Shown: positions 47,254-57,893 of the stretch, one piece after another
How positions within the stretch are numbered: the stretch's first letter is position 1
How the letters are laid out: each line of letters starts with the position of its first letter
Assembly (NCBI GenBank): GCA_904420535.1
Contig: CAJFVQ010000019.1
Location: 18,989-82,988, forward strand
Source of the DNA: Candidatus Cryptoclostridium obscurum
GTDB taxonomy: Bacteria > Bacillota > Dehalobacteriia > UBA7702
Direction of reading: 5' to 3'
Length of the DNA stretch: 64,000 bases
Notes under the pieces: model-generated
What the model saw: only the letters and a program-made list of their open reading frames with translations
Told to the model about the DNA's origin: nothing
The model's database searches: none
Position numbers and translations under genes: made by a program

Positions 47254-49653
47254 TTATCCTATTGTATGATTTTTTTCCAAATATTCTCTGAGGGGACGCC
47301 ATGGTTCCCGATTTAATTTGGGATCTTCGGTCAACAATTCTTCGGCGAAACTAGAAGCAGTTTTTAGTATCTCATGATCCACATAAAGATCGGCAATTTT
47401 TAATTCCGCCAATCCGTGTTGGCGAGTGCCAAAAAAATCACCGGGACCTCTCAGTTTCAAATCCTCTTCGGCAATGCGAAAACCATCTTGATATTTCAGC
47501 ATGATCTCCATGCGTTTTTTAGCGTATTCGCTACTTCCGTTATACTCTAAAATACAATGGCTTTGTGCTTTGCCGCGGCCGATACGGCCACGAATTTGAT
47601 GAAGCTGGGCCAAACCGAAGCGGTGCGCGTCTCGCACCATCATCACTGTTGCGTTGGGCACATCAACGCCGACTTCAATGACAGTAGTAGAAATTAAGAC
47701 CGAAATTTTCCCATTGCGAAAGTCATCCATCACGGTATCTTTCTCTTTGGCATTCATTTTCCCGTGAACCAATCCCAACGAGAGATTTTGAAAAGCACCT
47801 TTTTTTAAGCGTTCATACAATTCCGTGGCAGAAGCAAGATCCAGTGATTCGCTCTCCTCCACAAGAGGGCAAACAATATAACATTGATGGCCTGCTTCCG
47901 CATGTTTTCGAATAAAGGTAAGAGCGCGGCTTTCTTCTTTTTCTGTAACAACATAAGTTTTCACGGGGATTCGCCCCGGCGGCAGCTCATCGAGTACAGA
48001 AAGGGACAACCCCGCAAATACCGTCATGGCAAGAGTTCTGGGAATTGGTGTTGCCGTTAAAATTAACGTGTCGGGATGGTTTCCTTTTCCCGCCAAAGTT
48101 TCACGCTGGCGGACACCAAATCGGTGTTGCTCATCAATGACGACCAGAGAAAGGTCACGGAAAACTGTTTTTTCTTCAATCAGTGCATGAGTTCCCACTA
48201 GCAAATCCAGCTTCCCGGCAGCAAGACCGCGGTATATGTTTTGCTTATCCGCTCCTTTCGTGTCGCCGGTCAAAAGGCCGATACGGAGCCCGGAGTTTTC
48301 AAAAAAGGAGCAAAGAGATTGATAGTGCTGACGCGCCAATAACTCTGTGGGAGCCATAAGCGCACATTGATGGCCTGACCGCACAGCGCGGTAAATTGCC
48401 GCCGCGGCCACAACAGTTTTTCCCGAACCGACATCGCCCTCTACCAAACGCATCATTTGATTGGGAGCGGCCATATCCAAAAAAATCTCATTTACGGCCC
48501 GTTTTTGCGCATTGGTTAAAGTAAACGGGAGAAAGGAAGAAAATTCATCAAGATTCCCTTTTGCCTGGGAAATACCTTGTACTTCAATGTGTTGACCGTT
48601 GACGCCTTGGCCCATGCGCAGCAAAAAGAATTCATCAAAAACCAGGCGACGGCGGGCATCCTTCAGCTCTTCCAGAGAATCAGGAAAATGGTAATGATTG
48701 ATTGCCCACTCCCGCCCAACAAAATCAAAACGTTTCCTTACATTCTCAGGCAAAAAATCTCCGATTTGCCCCTGTTTTTCATATAAGGCACTCTGTACAA
48801 TCGTCCGTATTAATTTTTGACTCAGTCCCTCAGTAAGACCATAAATAGGGAGGATTCCGAATCCGCCAGCTTTTTCCGCCAACGAAAACTCCGTTACGGT
48901 AAACTGGCGTTTTCCATAACGAAAATCTGCTTTTCCATAAAGAAGCACTTCGCACCCTTCATGAATCTGATCTTTCAGCCAAGTTTGGTTATACCAGAGA
49001 GCTACAACACCGCCGCTGTCATCATTCAAATAAGCTTTAAAGAGCTGAAGATTTTTTTTCAGGCGCAACGATTCTGTTTTTTGCACTACTCCTCGAATGA
49101 CAGCGGGGACGTCTGAAATTAAATCTGCAATAGAAGTTACCTTACGGCGATCTTCGTGGCGTTTGGGAAAATATTCAATCAAATCATCTACGGTGGCAAT
49201 TCCCAACTTTTTTAAAAGTCCCACGCGTTTTGGCCCCACATGTTTTAAATATTGCAATGAATTTACTGCAACTTTCTTTCTCGATGGTGTAGTTTTTGTG
49301 GAATTCTTTTCCGGGGCAGAATTTTCTCTTTTTGGAGATGCCACATTCTCTTCCAAAGAACGTCCTTGGCTAAGAAGTACAGTTCGCACTTCTTTCTTTT
49401 CTATGGCTGAGTTTTCCTCTTCCCCTGTCTGTAAAAGTACAAAAATTCGCTTTAATATTTCCCGTCGTTCTTCTTTCCCCGCAGTACCGTAGCGAGAAGC
49501 CAATAAAACCGAGGCACGGGCTCGAGGATCTGCATCATGCTCCAAAGTATCCGCCACAAAGCGAGAAAAGCCGCCGAATACGGTAGAATCACCGTATTCT
49601 TTGCGGCTTTCTTTTTTAATTGCTTCTATGATTGCCTGGTATTTTTCATTCAT
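47254..49653 (-). CDS. recG: ATP-dependent DNA helicase RecG
   Basis: Helicase motif I GDVGSGKT, then DEQHRFG, then the C-terminal helicase domain. 799 aa, including an N-terminal extension of about 110 aa. Confidence 0.9.
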   Translation of the reverse strand: MNEKYQAIIEAIKKESRKEYGDSTVFGGFSRFVADTLEHDADPRARASVLLASRYGTAGKEERREILKRIFVLLQTGEEENSAIEKKEVRTVLLSQGRSLEENVASPKRENSAPEKNSTKTTPSRKKVAVNSLQYLKHVGPKRVGLLKKLGIATVDDLIEYFPKRHEDRRKVTSIADLISDVPAVIRGVVQKTESLRLKKNLQLFKAYLNDDSGGVVALWYNQTWLKDQIHEGCEVLLYGKADFRYGKRQFTVTEFSLAEKAGGFGILPIYGLTEGLSQKLIRTIVQSALYEKQGQIGDFLPENVRKRFDFVGREWAINHYHFPDSLEELKDARRRLVFDEFFLLRMGQGVNGQHIEVQGISQAKGNLDEFSSFLPFTLTNAQKRAVNEIFLDMAAPNQMMRLVEGDVGSGKTVVAAAAIYRAVRSGHQCALMAPTELLARQHYQSLCSFFENSGLRIGLLTGDTKGADKQNIYRGLAAGKLDLLVGTHALIEEKTVFRDLSLVVIDEQHRFGVRQRETLAGKGNHPDTLILTATPIPRTLAMTVFAGLSLSVLDELPPGRIPVKTYVVTEKEESRALTFIRKHAEAGHQCYIVCPLVEESESLDLASATELYERLKKGAFQNLSLGLVHGKMNAKEKDTVMDDFRNGKISVLISTTVIEVGVDVPNATVMMVRDAHRFGLAQLHQIRGRIGRGKAQSHCILEYNGSSEYAKKRMEIMLKYQDGFRIAEEDLKLRGPGDFFGTRQHGLAELKIADLYVDHEILKTASSFAEELLTEDPKLNREPWRPLREYLEKNHTIG

Positions 49654-49659
49654 ATGCCA

Positions 49660-51315
49660 TCATTCCAAAGAAATCAGATAATAATAAAGTGGTTGCCCTC
49701 CTTGATAGACCTCAATATCCAGATCAGAATAGGCATTTTCAATCGCTTCTGCCATGGCGTTGGCCGACTCCTCCGTAATCTCGTTACCGTAATACAAAGT
49801 GAGAAGGGATGCCTCGTCATGATACATTTTCTCCACTAGTTTTAAGACAGCGCCATCCAAAGAACCTTCGGCACAAACGATTTCACCATCTAACAAACAA
49901 AGAATATCATTAGCTTTGATTTCAACTCCATTCACTGAGGTATCACGGATGGCATAAGTAACTTCACCATTCTGCACCGCATCCAAAGAAGCCGTCATTT
50001 CTTCGGCGTTTTCTTCAGCAGAAGCAGCGGCGTTAAACTGAATCAGTGCGCTTAACCCTTGGGTGACAAACTTGGAAGGAACGACCGAAACGGTTCGGTC
50101 GGCAATGGAAACCACTTGCTGTGCCGCGAGAATAATATTGCTGTTGTTGGGCAAAATTACGATTTCTTCAGCGTTAACTTTGTCAATACATGCCATAATA
50201 TCTTCGGCGCTGGGATTCATAGTTTGTCCACCGGAGATCACCTCATCGGCTCCGAGGCTTTTGAAAATTTCCGTCATTCCGTCACCGGCGGCCACTGCGA
50301 TTACACCGCATTTTTTCTTCGGTTCCATCGCCGCCGAAGCGCCGCGGGCAGCTTCAGCTTCTTTTTTCTCCCGAGCCTCTCTGGCCATTTGCTCCTTCAT
50401 ATTCTCTACTTTAATATCAAAGAGTTCACCAACGGTCAATGCATAGCTAATAATCTCACCGGGATCATTGGTGTGAAAATGAACTTTGATAACATCTTCA
50501 TCACCGACAACAACTAAGGAGTCCCCATCCCGCTTTTCCAGATCTTTGCGGACAGATTCATAATCCTTTTTGGCATTGTGGATCATCAGCTCGGTACAAT
50601 AGCGGTAAGTAATTTCCGATTCCTGAATTTCTGCGGAAAATGCCGCTGTTTTATCGGGGATTTCCGAAGCATCAGAAAGTTTCGATAACTGATCCAACCC
50701 CTTGCCTTCCAAAGCCAAAAGGCAACCCTGCATGATATACAAAAATCCCTGACCGCCGGAGTCTACGACACCTGCTTCTTTCAAAACCGGCAGCTGATTC
50801 GGAGTATTTTCCAAGGCCTTTTGTCCTGCTTCCATTGCACAACGCATCACCGTGACAATATCTTTCTCATAGACGGCACACTCTACAGCAGCATCGGCAA
50901 AATGACGGCTTACGGTAAGGATGGTACCTTCAACGGGCTTCAAAACACTTTTATAAGCAACTTCTACCCCTTTTTGCAAGGCGGTTGCCAAAGACATGGC
51001 ATCGACTGTTTTTTGGTTTTGGATCGACATGGTAAATCCCCGCAAAATCTGGGACAAAATCACACCGGAGTTTCCCCGAGCCCCCATCAAAGCACCACGA
51101 GAGACTGCGGTACAAATTTCTTTAAGATCCATGGATTCATCCAAATTTTTCACCGCACTCTTAATGGTAAGGCCCATATTCGTGCCGGTATCGCCATCGG
51201 GCACAGGAAACACGTTCAACGCGTTAACCTGCTCTTTATTTTGATTCAACACTGCTTCGCCCATACGAAAAAAATCCCGCAATTCGGCGGAAGATAATGT
51301 TTCTATGGTAGACAT
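49660..51315 (-). CDS. yloV: DAK2 domain fusion protein YloV
   Basis: DAK2 motif PVPDGDTGTNM. The start is taken at the ATG (MSTIETL) just after the asp23 stop. The ORF-track start would overlap asp23 by 46 nt. Confidence 0.8.
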   Translation of the reverse strand: MSTIETLSSAELRDFFRMGEAVLNQNKEQVNALNVFPVPDGDTGTNMGLTIKSAVKNLDESMDLKEICTAVSRGALMGARGNSGVILSQILRGFTMSIQNQKTVDAMSLATALQKGVEVAYKSVLKPVEGTILTVSRHFADAAVECAVYEKDIVTVMRCAMEAGQKALENTPNQLPVLKEAGVVDSGGQGFLYIMQGCLLALEGKGLDQLSKLSDASEIPDKTAAFSAEIQESEITYRYCTELMIHNAKKDYESVRKDLEKRDGDSLVVVGDEDVIKVHFHTNDPGEIISYALTVGELFDIKVENMKEQMAREAREKKEAEAARGASAAMEPKKKCGVIAVAAGDGMTEIFKSLGADEVISGGQTMNPSAEDIMACIDKVNAEEIVILPNNSNIILAAQQVVSIADRTVSVVPSKFVTQGLSALIQFNAAASAEENAEEMTASLDAVQNGEVTYAIRDTSVNGVEIKANDILCLLDGEIVCAEGSLDGAVLKLVEKMYHDEASLLTLYYGNEITEESANAMAEAIENAYSDLDIEVYQGGQPLYYYLISLE

Positions 51316-51331
51316 AAAGTAAATTTCCTCC

Positions 51332-51676
51332 TCAATCCATGACGCGAATTCCCGTAATACGGATTTCCAAACGGTCAATGGTCATCCCCGTTGCCTGTTC
51401 CACTGCATAATGTACCGCTTCGGAAACATTTTTGGCAACTTCCGAAATTTTTGTGCCGTAAAGCACATGGATCTGTACTAAAATATTTATGGCATTATCC
51501 TTTACTTTGACTTCTACGCCCTTGTTACCGCTTTCACCACGAACGAACTGGGCAAAATTTTTCGCGGGCATTCCCACCACTCCAAAACATTCGGAAACGG
51601 CCTTATACGCCAACTGTGCAATGGCAGTAGTGCTAATCACAACAGCTCCCGCATCGGTCAAAATTGTATTGCTCAT
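51332..51676 (-). CDS. asp23: Asp23/Gls24 family envelope stress protein
   Basis: 114 aa, Asp23-like. Conserved position upstream of yloV. Confidence 0.8.
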   Translation of the reverse strand: MSNTILTDAGAVVISTTAIAQLAYKAVSECFGVVGMPAKNFAQFVRGESGNKGVEVKVKDNAINILVQIHVLYGTKISEVAKNVSEAVHYAVEQATGMTIDRLEIRITGIRVMD

Positions 51677-51882
51677 GATTGCACCTCCTGTAATCCGTAT
51701 TTTAGCGATTCGATTTATTATACCATAGAAAAAGGGAATTGTAAATTCTTACAGTTCCCAAAACTTCAACGAAGGCCTTCTTTTCTATTTATTCTTTTAC
51801 GGATTCCCTAATTATATGAACCATCATAAAACTTTTACAAAAAAAGCGAATTCATGACAGAATTCGCTTTGTATTCTCAGTT

Positions 51883-53340
51883 TTAGGAAAACTCCGGACG
51901 AACCACCACGTCATTGCCGCCGACCTTAGCTTCTCGGAGCACCAAGGTTTTTCCGGTTTCATTTTCCCATTTGACATCCAGCTTATTATGGTGAATGTAG
52001 TCAATGACCACAGGTGCAGCCTCTACGCGAATGGCAGCAGCTTCCGTCTGTTTTGCCTGTTTATTCACTTCATGACGGATCTGAAGACAAATCATCGACG
52101 GATTGAAAACACGACCGCGTCCGTCGCAGTATTCGCATTCATTGTCCATCATCTGATTCAAACCGTGTCCCGTTTTTTTCCGCGTCATTTCCAGCAACCC
52201 CAGCTGAGTCAAGCCAAGAATATTCGTTTTCACACGGTCCTTTTTCAGTTCATTTGCCAAAGCGGCAATCACTTTTTCCCGATCTTCCGGTTTTTCCATA
52301 TCAATGAAATCAATGATAATAATACCGCCAATATTACGGAGACGAATCTGCCGGACGATTTCTTCCACCGCCTCAAGATTCGCATTGACCACAGTATCTT
52401 CTAAATTGGTGGTACCTACATATTTTCCGGTATTAACATCAATGGCGGTCAAAGCCTCGGTATTGTCAATAATAATATGACCGCCGTTTTTCAGCCACGC
52501 TTTTCGCTTCCCTGCTTTTTTGATTTCTTCCAGAAGATCATATTCCTCGAAGACTTCCATCATATCACGGATTACCACGCGCTTTTTGTAATCGCCCGGG
52601 AAAAACTGCAGACTGTCCATGACGGAATCATAGGTTTCCTGACTATTTACAATAATGCGGCTGACCTCATCGGTGACCTGATCTCGCATAATACTAGATA
52701 GTAGATTAAGGTCTTTATAAATAAGCTTACTCCCCTTGGAGTGAACGCTTTTATTAACAATTTTAGACCACACACTTTTCAACCACTTTAAGTCCGCTTG
52801 TAATTCTTCTTCTCCTGCCCCCTGAGCAACAGTACGTACAATCAGTCCCATATTTTCAGGGCATATTTTCTCTGCCATGGCGGTAAGACGGCGACGCTCC
52901 TCCTCATCTTCAATCCGCCGGGAAATACCAATATACGATACCGTCGGCATCAATACCAAGTAGCGACCGGCCAAAGTCAAATGTGTGGTAACCCTTGCTC
53001 CTTTGGAAGGAGTGGGTTCTTTGACAATCTGAATCAGAATTTCCTGATTCTTTTTTAGTAAATCGCTGATTTCCACATTGGAAACGTCATTATTTTCGCC
53101 ATCCATGGCGGTTTTGGGTAATACTTCACGAATATAGAGAAAACTGTTTTTATTAAGACCGATATCCACAAAAGCCGCTTGCATTCCCGGAAGTACGTTT
53201 TCTACAACTCCTTTATAGATATTTCCGGTAAGTCGCTCTTCATCGGCTCGATCGATATAAAGTTCGACCAATCGATGGTCCTCAATGACAGCCACCATGG
53301 TTTCATCGGACTCTGCTCGAATAATGATTTCTTTTTCCAT
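51883..53340 (-). CDS. rng: Ribonuclease G/E family endoribonuclease
   Basis: S1 domain GNIYKGVVENVLPGMQAAFVDIG and an RNase E/G catalytic domain. The start is taken at the ATG (MEKEIII) with a GGTGA RBS. This leaves a 22-nt gap from the upstream gene instead of an overlap. Confidence 0.85.
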   Translation of the reverse strand: MEKEIIIRAESDETMVAVIEDHRLVELYIDRADEERLTGNIYKGVVENVLPGMQAAFVDIGLNKNSFLYIREVLPKTAMDGENNDVSNVEISDLLKKNQEILIQIVKEPTPSKGARVTTHLTLAGRYLVLMPTVSYIGISRRIEDEEERRRLTAMAEKICPENMGLIVRTVAQGAGEEELQADLKWLKSVWSKIVNKSVHSKGSKLIYKDLNLLSSIMRDQVTDEVSRIIVNSQETYDSVMDSLQFFPGDYKKRVVIRDMMEVFEEYDLLEEIKKAGKRKAWLKNGGHIIIDNTEALTAIDVNTGKYVGTTNLEDTVVNANLEAVEEIVRQIRLRNIGGIIIIDFIDMEKPEDREKVIAALANELKKDRVKTNILGLTQLGLLEMTRKKTGHGLNQMMDNECEYCDGRGRVFNPSMICLQIRHEVNKQAKQTEAAAIRVEAAPVVIDYIHHNKLDVKWENETGKTLVLREAKVGGNDVVVRPEFS

Positions 53341-53362
53341 AGTAATTTCACCTTTTTCCGAA

Positions 53363-54058
53363 TCAGGGTTGGCTGCGATGGGTTCCTTCTTTGATATACA
53401 ACCCCAGTCTTTGCACCCTGATATCTCCAATTATATCCCAATATCCCAATGCTGTCAAAAGCTCCTCAGGACGAAGCGCCCCTCGATTCCCCAGAGATAC
53501 TGAAAATAGAAGGATATGATCTTTTACCTCCATTGATTGAACGTAAGAACGGAGGTCAATTTCCTTATCCCCTTTCGGGCTGTGACGAACATAGGTGTGA
53601 TGCTCCTCCGCCATAAAAGCAGTCGCCTTCTCTTTCAGTGCGGATGCTTCATCCAAAGGAAAAATCGCACGATATTCCGCTTCGTTAATTACAGCTTCTA
53701 AAAGTTTCGTCCCCTCTGGCAACTCGCGAACCTTTAATACGCGAACCTCACCGGGCAAAACACTGTTTAGCTCCTCCAAAACCTTATTTCCCTTAAGGTA
53801 GGTTTTAAAATCCATATCAATATATTCGCCTAATCCTTCAATCCCAACGCCTTTGGCCGGTCCTAAAGAAAGCTTGGGACGAGGATTAAATCCCAGGGTC
53901 CAAGCGATGGGCAGTTGGGAACGAAGTAACGCTCGCTGCCACAGACGCATCATCTCCAAATGAGACAGAAAAGAGAGATGCCCCTTAACCTCGTATTTTA
54001 CTCGGAATCGCACGGCAGCGTCCCCTCCTTTCGGCACCCCAAGCCGCAACCGTGACAA
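53363..54058 (-). CDS. DUF2344 / TIGR03936 family radical-SAM-associated protein
   Basis: Conserved block HLSFLSHLEMMRLWQRALLRSQLP...GFNPRP. The true start may instead be the GTG at 54013, which is preceded by AAAGGAGGGG and gives 217 aa. Confidence 0.7.
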   Translation of the reverse strand: MSRLRLGVPKGGDAAVRFRVKYEVKGHLSFLSHLEMMRLWQRALLRSQLPIAWTLGFNPRPKLSLGPAKGVGIEGLGEYIDMDFKTYLKGNKVLEELNSVLPGEVRVLKVRELPEGTKLLEAVINEAEYRAIFPLDEASALKEKATAFMAEEHHTYVRHSPKGDKEIDLRSYVQSMEVKDHILLFSVSLGNRGALRPEELLTALGYWDIIGDIRVQRLGLYIKEGTHRSQP

Positions 54059-55815
54059 ACGCCATCATAGCAATGGGGCGTTGTTACTGTTGATTTGGCC
54101 TTTTTGTATTCTTTTTGCAAAAATTCTTTTGTTACACCGCAGGAAATGTGATCCCATGGCAAAGACGCATGAAGATCAAACCATCGCTGTGCATAGTATG
54201 TTCCATCAATTCCCGTTTCCTCCATGGCTCGCTGCCACAGATCAAAACGGAAGTACTCACTCCAACCATCCAATCGGCCACCCAAAGAAAACACTTTTTC
54301 CAACAAATCCCCAATGCGACGGTCACCGCGGGAAATTACTCCTTCTAAAAAACTGGTTTCAAAATCGTGATAATTGAGCCGCACACCCTTTTGAGTTTTT
54401 GCCCATGCTTTTAATTCCCGTTGTTTTTCACGAACAGTTCGTTCAGATTCCTGGCCGCACCATTGAAACGGTGTTTGCGCTTTGGGCACAAAAGTTCCAA
54501 CGCTGACGCTGAGGTTCAATCCTTTTCCTGTAGCAGTCTTGACTTCGTGAATCAAGTCTTTGATTCCCTCAATATCCTCTTGCTCTTCAAATGGTAAGCC
54601 GATCATCATATAGAACTTCAAACTGCGAAATCCGTTTTGAAAAGCTTCTGCAGCGGTATTGACAATGTCATCTTCCGAAATATTTTTGTTGATAATATCT
54701 CGCATTCTCTGGCTGCCGGCCTCCGGCGCCAAGGTTAATGTGCCTTTCCTAACTTTTTGTACTTCCTTGGCAATTTCTACAGAAAATGCGTCCATACGAA
54801 GGGATGGCAAACTGAGACTAATACCATTGTCGCTATATTGTTCCGTCAAATCATGAACTAAGCGACCAATGTGGCTATAATCCATGGTACTCAAGGATAA
54901 AAGACCCAATTCATCATAACCGCTTTCATTGATAATCTCTTCTGCGTCACAAAGCAATGTAGACATGGATTTTTCACGACGGGGGCGATAAATCATGCCT
55001 GCCTGACAAAAACGGCAACCGCGGACACAGCCGCGAAACAACTCTAATACCCCACGATCGTGCACAATTTCCGTATGGGGCACCAAAGGCTTTGTGGGGA
55101 ATATCGCATGATCCAAATCCTTAATTAAGCGTTTTTTGACCACAGTCCCAGGGCGGAGGGAACCGTCATTTTCCATCCCATAAAGTGAGGGGACATAGAA
55201 CCCTTTCAGCTTGGCCACCTCTTGTAAAAAGTCGCTGCGTTTTTCGTCACTTTCCCCAGGCGCCATGGATTCATAAAGAGCGAGGAATTCCAGAATCGCT
55301 TCCTCACCTTCCCCCACTAGAAAGACATCGAAAAATGGAGCAAAGGGTTCCGGATTATAGACACAAGGACCACCGCCAATCACAATGGGGTGGCGGTGGT
55401 TTCTGTTCTTACTCCGTAGAGGGATCCCAGAAAGATCAAGCATATTTAGAATATTTGTAACGCAAAGTTCGTACTGAATACTGAACCCAATGATATCAAA
55501 ATCGCCCAAAGGCCGATTGGTTTCCAGAGAGAACAACGGCGTATCCTCAGCACGAAGCAGGGCTTCCAGATCGGGTGCCGGCGCCATCGCACGCTCCATA
55601 CTGTAAGTATCCTGCCGGTTCACTACTTCATATAAGATACGCAACCCCAAATGACTCATTCCTACTTCATATAAATCAGGGAATGCCATCACCATCTGTA
55701 CCTTGGCATCGGTAAAATCCTTTTGGGGCAAATTCCATTCCCGGCCGATATATCGACCGGGACGCTTTACTCTGGATAAAAACCGCTCCACAGGAACTCG
55801 ATTCATTGACTTCAT
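53998..55815 (-). CDS. TIGR03960-family radical SAM protein with B12-binding domain
   Basis: About 605 aa. An N-terminal B12-binding-like domain is followed by a CxxxCxxC cluster in the radical SAM core. Gene pair conserved with DUF2344. Confidence 0.7.
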   Translation of the reverse strand: MKSMNRVPVERFLSRVKRPGRYIGREWNLPQKDFTDAKVQMVMAFPDLYEVGMSHLGLRILYEVVNRQDTYSMERAMAPAPDLEALLRAEDTPLFSLETNRPLGDFDIIGFSIQYELCVTNILNMLDLSGIPLRSKNRNHRHPIVIGGGPCVYNPEPFAPFFDVFLVGEGEEAILEFLALYESMAPGESDEKRSDFLQEVAKLKGFYVPSLYGMENDGSLRPGTVVKKRLIKDLDHAIFPTKPLVPHTEIVHDRGVLELFRGCVRGCRFCQAGMIYRPRREKSMSTLLCDAEEIINESGYDELGLLSLSTMDYSHIGRLVHDLTEQYSDNGISLSLPSLRMDAFSVEIAKEVQKVRKGTLTLAPEAGSQRMRDIINKNISEDDIVNTAAEAFQNGFRSLKFYMMIGLPFEEQEDIEGIKDLIHEVKTATGKGLNLSVSVGTFVPKAQTPFQWCGQESERTVREKQRELKAWAKTQKGVRLNYHDFETSFLEGVISRGDRRIGDLLEKVFSLGGRLDGWSEYFRFDLWQRAMEETGIDGTYYAQRWFDLHASLPWDHISCGVTKEFLQKEYKKAKSTVTTPHCYDGVCHGCGLGCRKEGTLPCDSE

Positions 55816-55879
55816 GACTAATTTGTTTCTCCTCAATATCTAGTTTCTTTTCTATGAATACTCCTCAATGACATTGCTG

Positions 55880-56521
55880 TCAATCGACATTGAAATATGC
55901 AACAGGATCCTTTTGTTCCCCATTTTGTAAAACTTCAAAATGTAAGGTGTCGCCTTTTGGCTTCCCTAAAGATGCGCCCTTTTCCACAGTGTCTCCCACA
56001 GCCACGCCAGTTTCGCCCAGACGACCGTATACGGTAGACCAATCTCCGTTATGCTTCAATGTAATCCAATAAGTACCATCATCATGGGTGTCTACAGCGG
56101 TAACCTCTCCCGTTTCTGCAGCTAGAATTTCACTCCCGTCGGGAATACGAATGTCCACGCCGCCGTGATAATTTTCTTCTCCTTCGTCATTCAAAACAAC
56201 ACCGAATTCTTCTACCACAACACCGGAACTTACGGGCAACGAAAAAGATGCGTCTTCCGAAAAACCGATTTTTTCTTCTCCCCACTGGGCTGCTTCCTTC
56301 AATGAAGATGAGATTGTCGAAGCAACATCTCCCAAACGGTCATTCAGTCCTTGGGCGGGGATAACATCGAAACGCAAAAGCAACGCTGCAGCCAATAGAA
56401 AACAGAGCAGTATTGCAACCTTCGGTGTTTTGCGCCGCTTACGGCGGCCATAATTACCGCGCCATGGGTCACGCTTTTTTTTTCCATGGTGATCGGAATA
56501 AGAAAAATGTTCCACAACCAT
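55880..56521 (-). CDS. M23 family metallopeptidase with N-terminal membrane anchor
   Basis: LytM-type motifs HGGVDI and HFEVLQNGEQKDP. 213 aa. Confidence 0.75.
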   Translation of the reverse strand: MVVEHFSYSDHHGKKKRDPWRGNYGRRKRRKTPKVAILLCFLLAAALLLRFDVIPAQGLNDRLGDVASTISSSLKEAAQWGEEKIGFSEDASFSLPVSSGVVVEEFGVVLNDEGEENYHGGVDIRIPDGSEILAAETGEVTAVDTHDDGTYWITLKHNGDWSTVYGRLGETGVAVGDTVEKGASLGKPKGDTLHFEVLQNGEQKDPVAYFNVD

Positions 56522-56581
56522 CACTCTCCCTTTGTCTTATAACGAATCATATTGGACAAAGGCAAAGATTATGACGGTATT

Positions 56582-57865
56582 TTATTTTTGTTTTTTCCCT
56601 CGGAGAGAAATACTGAAAACCAATCCCACTGACATCATGTTGACCCACAAACTAGTGACGCCATAGCTGAAAAAGGGAAGGGGTACCCCTGTAACAGGCA
56701 TAATTCCCATGGTCATCCCCGCATTGACCAACACCTGGAAAATAATCATGGAACAAATTCCGGTAACAATCAAAGAACCGAAGAGATCTCTGGCAATAAA
56801 AGCTGTCCTCATCAGACGGATTAAAAACACAAGATATAGCACTAATACAAAAGCACAGAACAAAAATCCGAATTCTTCCCCAGCCACAGAAAAAATAAAG
56901 TCTGTATGGTGTTCCGGCAAAAAGCCGCTTTGTACTTGAGTTCCGTTACCGTAACCTTTACCCAAAAGACCGCCGCTCCCAATGGCAATCATACTTTGAA
57001 TAATGTGGAAGCCACTGTTTTGCGGATCCATTCCTGGATTGATAAAAATTGCCAACCGCATCAACTGATAAGATCTCAGCGGTAAAAACGGAATATCTTC
57101 CTCTAATAATTTGGTAAAACCATCGGTATAAATATAGAGACTGACGTAAATAAGTACAATTGCCGCCAACAAAAATAGGCAAAATCCGTAAAATACTTTA
57201 CGATTAGCTCCAGCAACAAAAAGCATCGACAGCATAATTACAAGAAATACTAAAGAGGTACCTAGGTCAGGCTCCAAAAAGACAAGTGCCATGGGAACTG
57301 CCATAAATAGCATACTTTGCCACACGACCTTGGGTTCTTTTAAGCGTTCTCGCCGATTCGTAAGCCATGAGGCAAATACTACAATCATAACGAGTTTCGC
57401 CAACTCTGACGGCTGAAAACCAAATAGCCAACGTTTTGCACCATCGCCGGTACCAAAGATCAAAACCAGAACCAAAAGAATAATGATGGCGATATATCCT
57501 TTGCTGGCATACTCTCGATAGCGACGATAATCAATGAGCGCTACAACGGCCATTAGAACAATACCTAACACCATAAAAAGAGCTTGTTTGTTAATATAGT
57601 AATCAGGCTGCTCCTCAATAACCTTTGAAGAAGCCGAACTTAGCACAAACAAACTGCAAAGCAATAAAACACCAAAAATTACCAAGGTAATCCAATCAAC
57701 ACGATTAAAAACACCCTGCTTTCTCAGTTCGGAAATGCGGTTTTCCTGACGTTGACGGCGGTTTCCTTTCCGTTCATCTTTGGTTAATTTCTGCTTCTTT
57801 TGATTTGGCTGATTACTGGTATTTCTTTTTTTTAATTTCAGATCAATGTTCAGAGGATTATTCAT
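56582..57865 (-). CDS. rodA: SEDS-family peptidoglycan glycosyltransferase RodA
   Basis: Polytopic FtsW/RodA family protein located in the mre-min cluster. It has an N-terminal basic extension of about 50 aa. Confidence 0.8.
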   Translation of the reverse strand: MNNPLNIDLKLKKRNTSNQPNQKKQKLTKDERKGNRRQRQENRISELRKQGVFNRVDWITLVIFGVLLLCSLFVLSSASSKVIEEQPDYYINKQALFMVLGIVLMAVVALIDYRRYREYASKGYIAIIILLVLVLIFGTGDGAKRWLFGFQPSELAKLVMIVVFASWLTNRRERLKEPKVVWQSMLFMAVPMALVFLEPDLGTSLVFLVIMLSMLFVAGANRKVFYGFCLFLLAAIVLIYVSLYIYTDGFTKLLEEDIPFLPLRSYQLMRLAIFINPGMDPQNSGFHIIQSMIAIGSGGLLGKGYGNGTQVQSGFLPEHHTDFIFSVAGEEFGFLFCAFVLVLYLVFLIRLMRTAFIARDLFGSLIVTGICSMIIFQVLVNAGMTMGIMPVTGVPLPFFSYGVTSLWVNMMSVGLVFSISLRGKKQK

Positions 57866-57893
57866 ATTTTACCTTATAATTTCATTCCACAGC

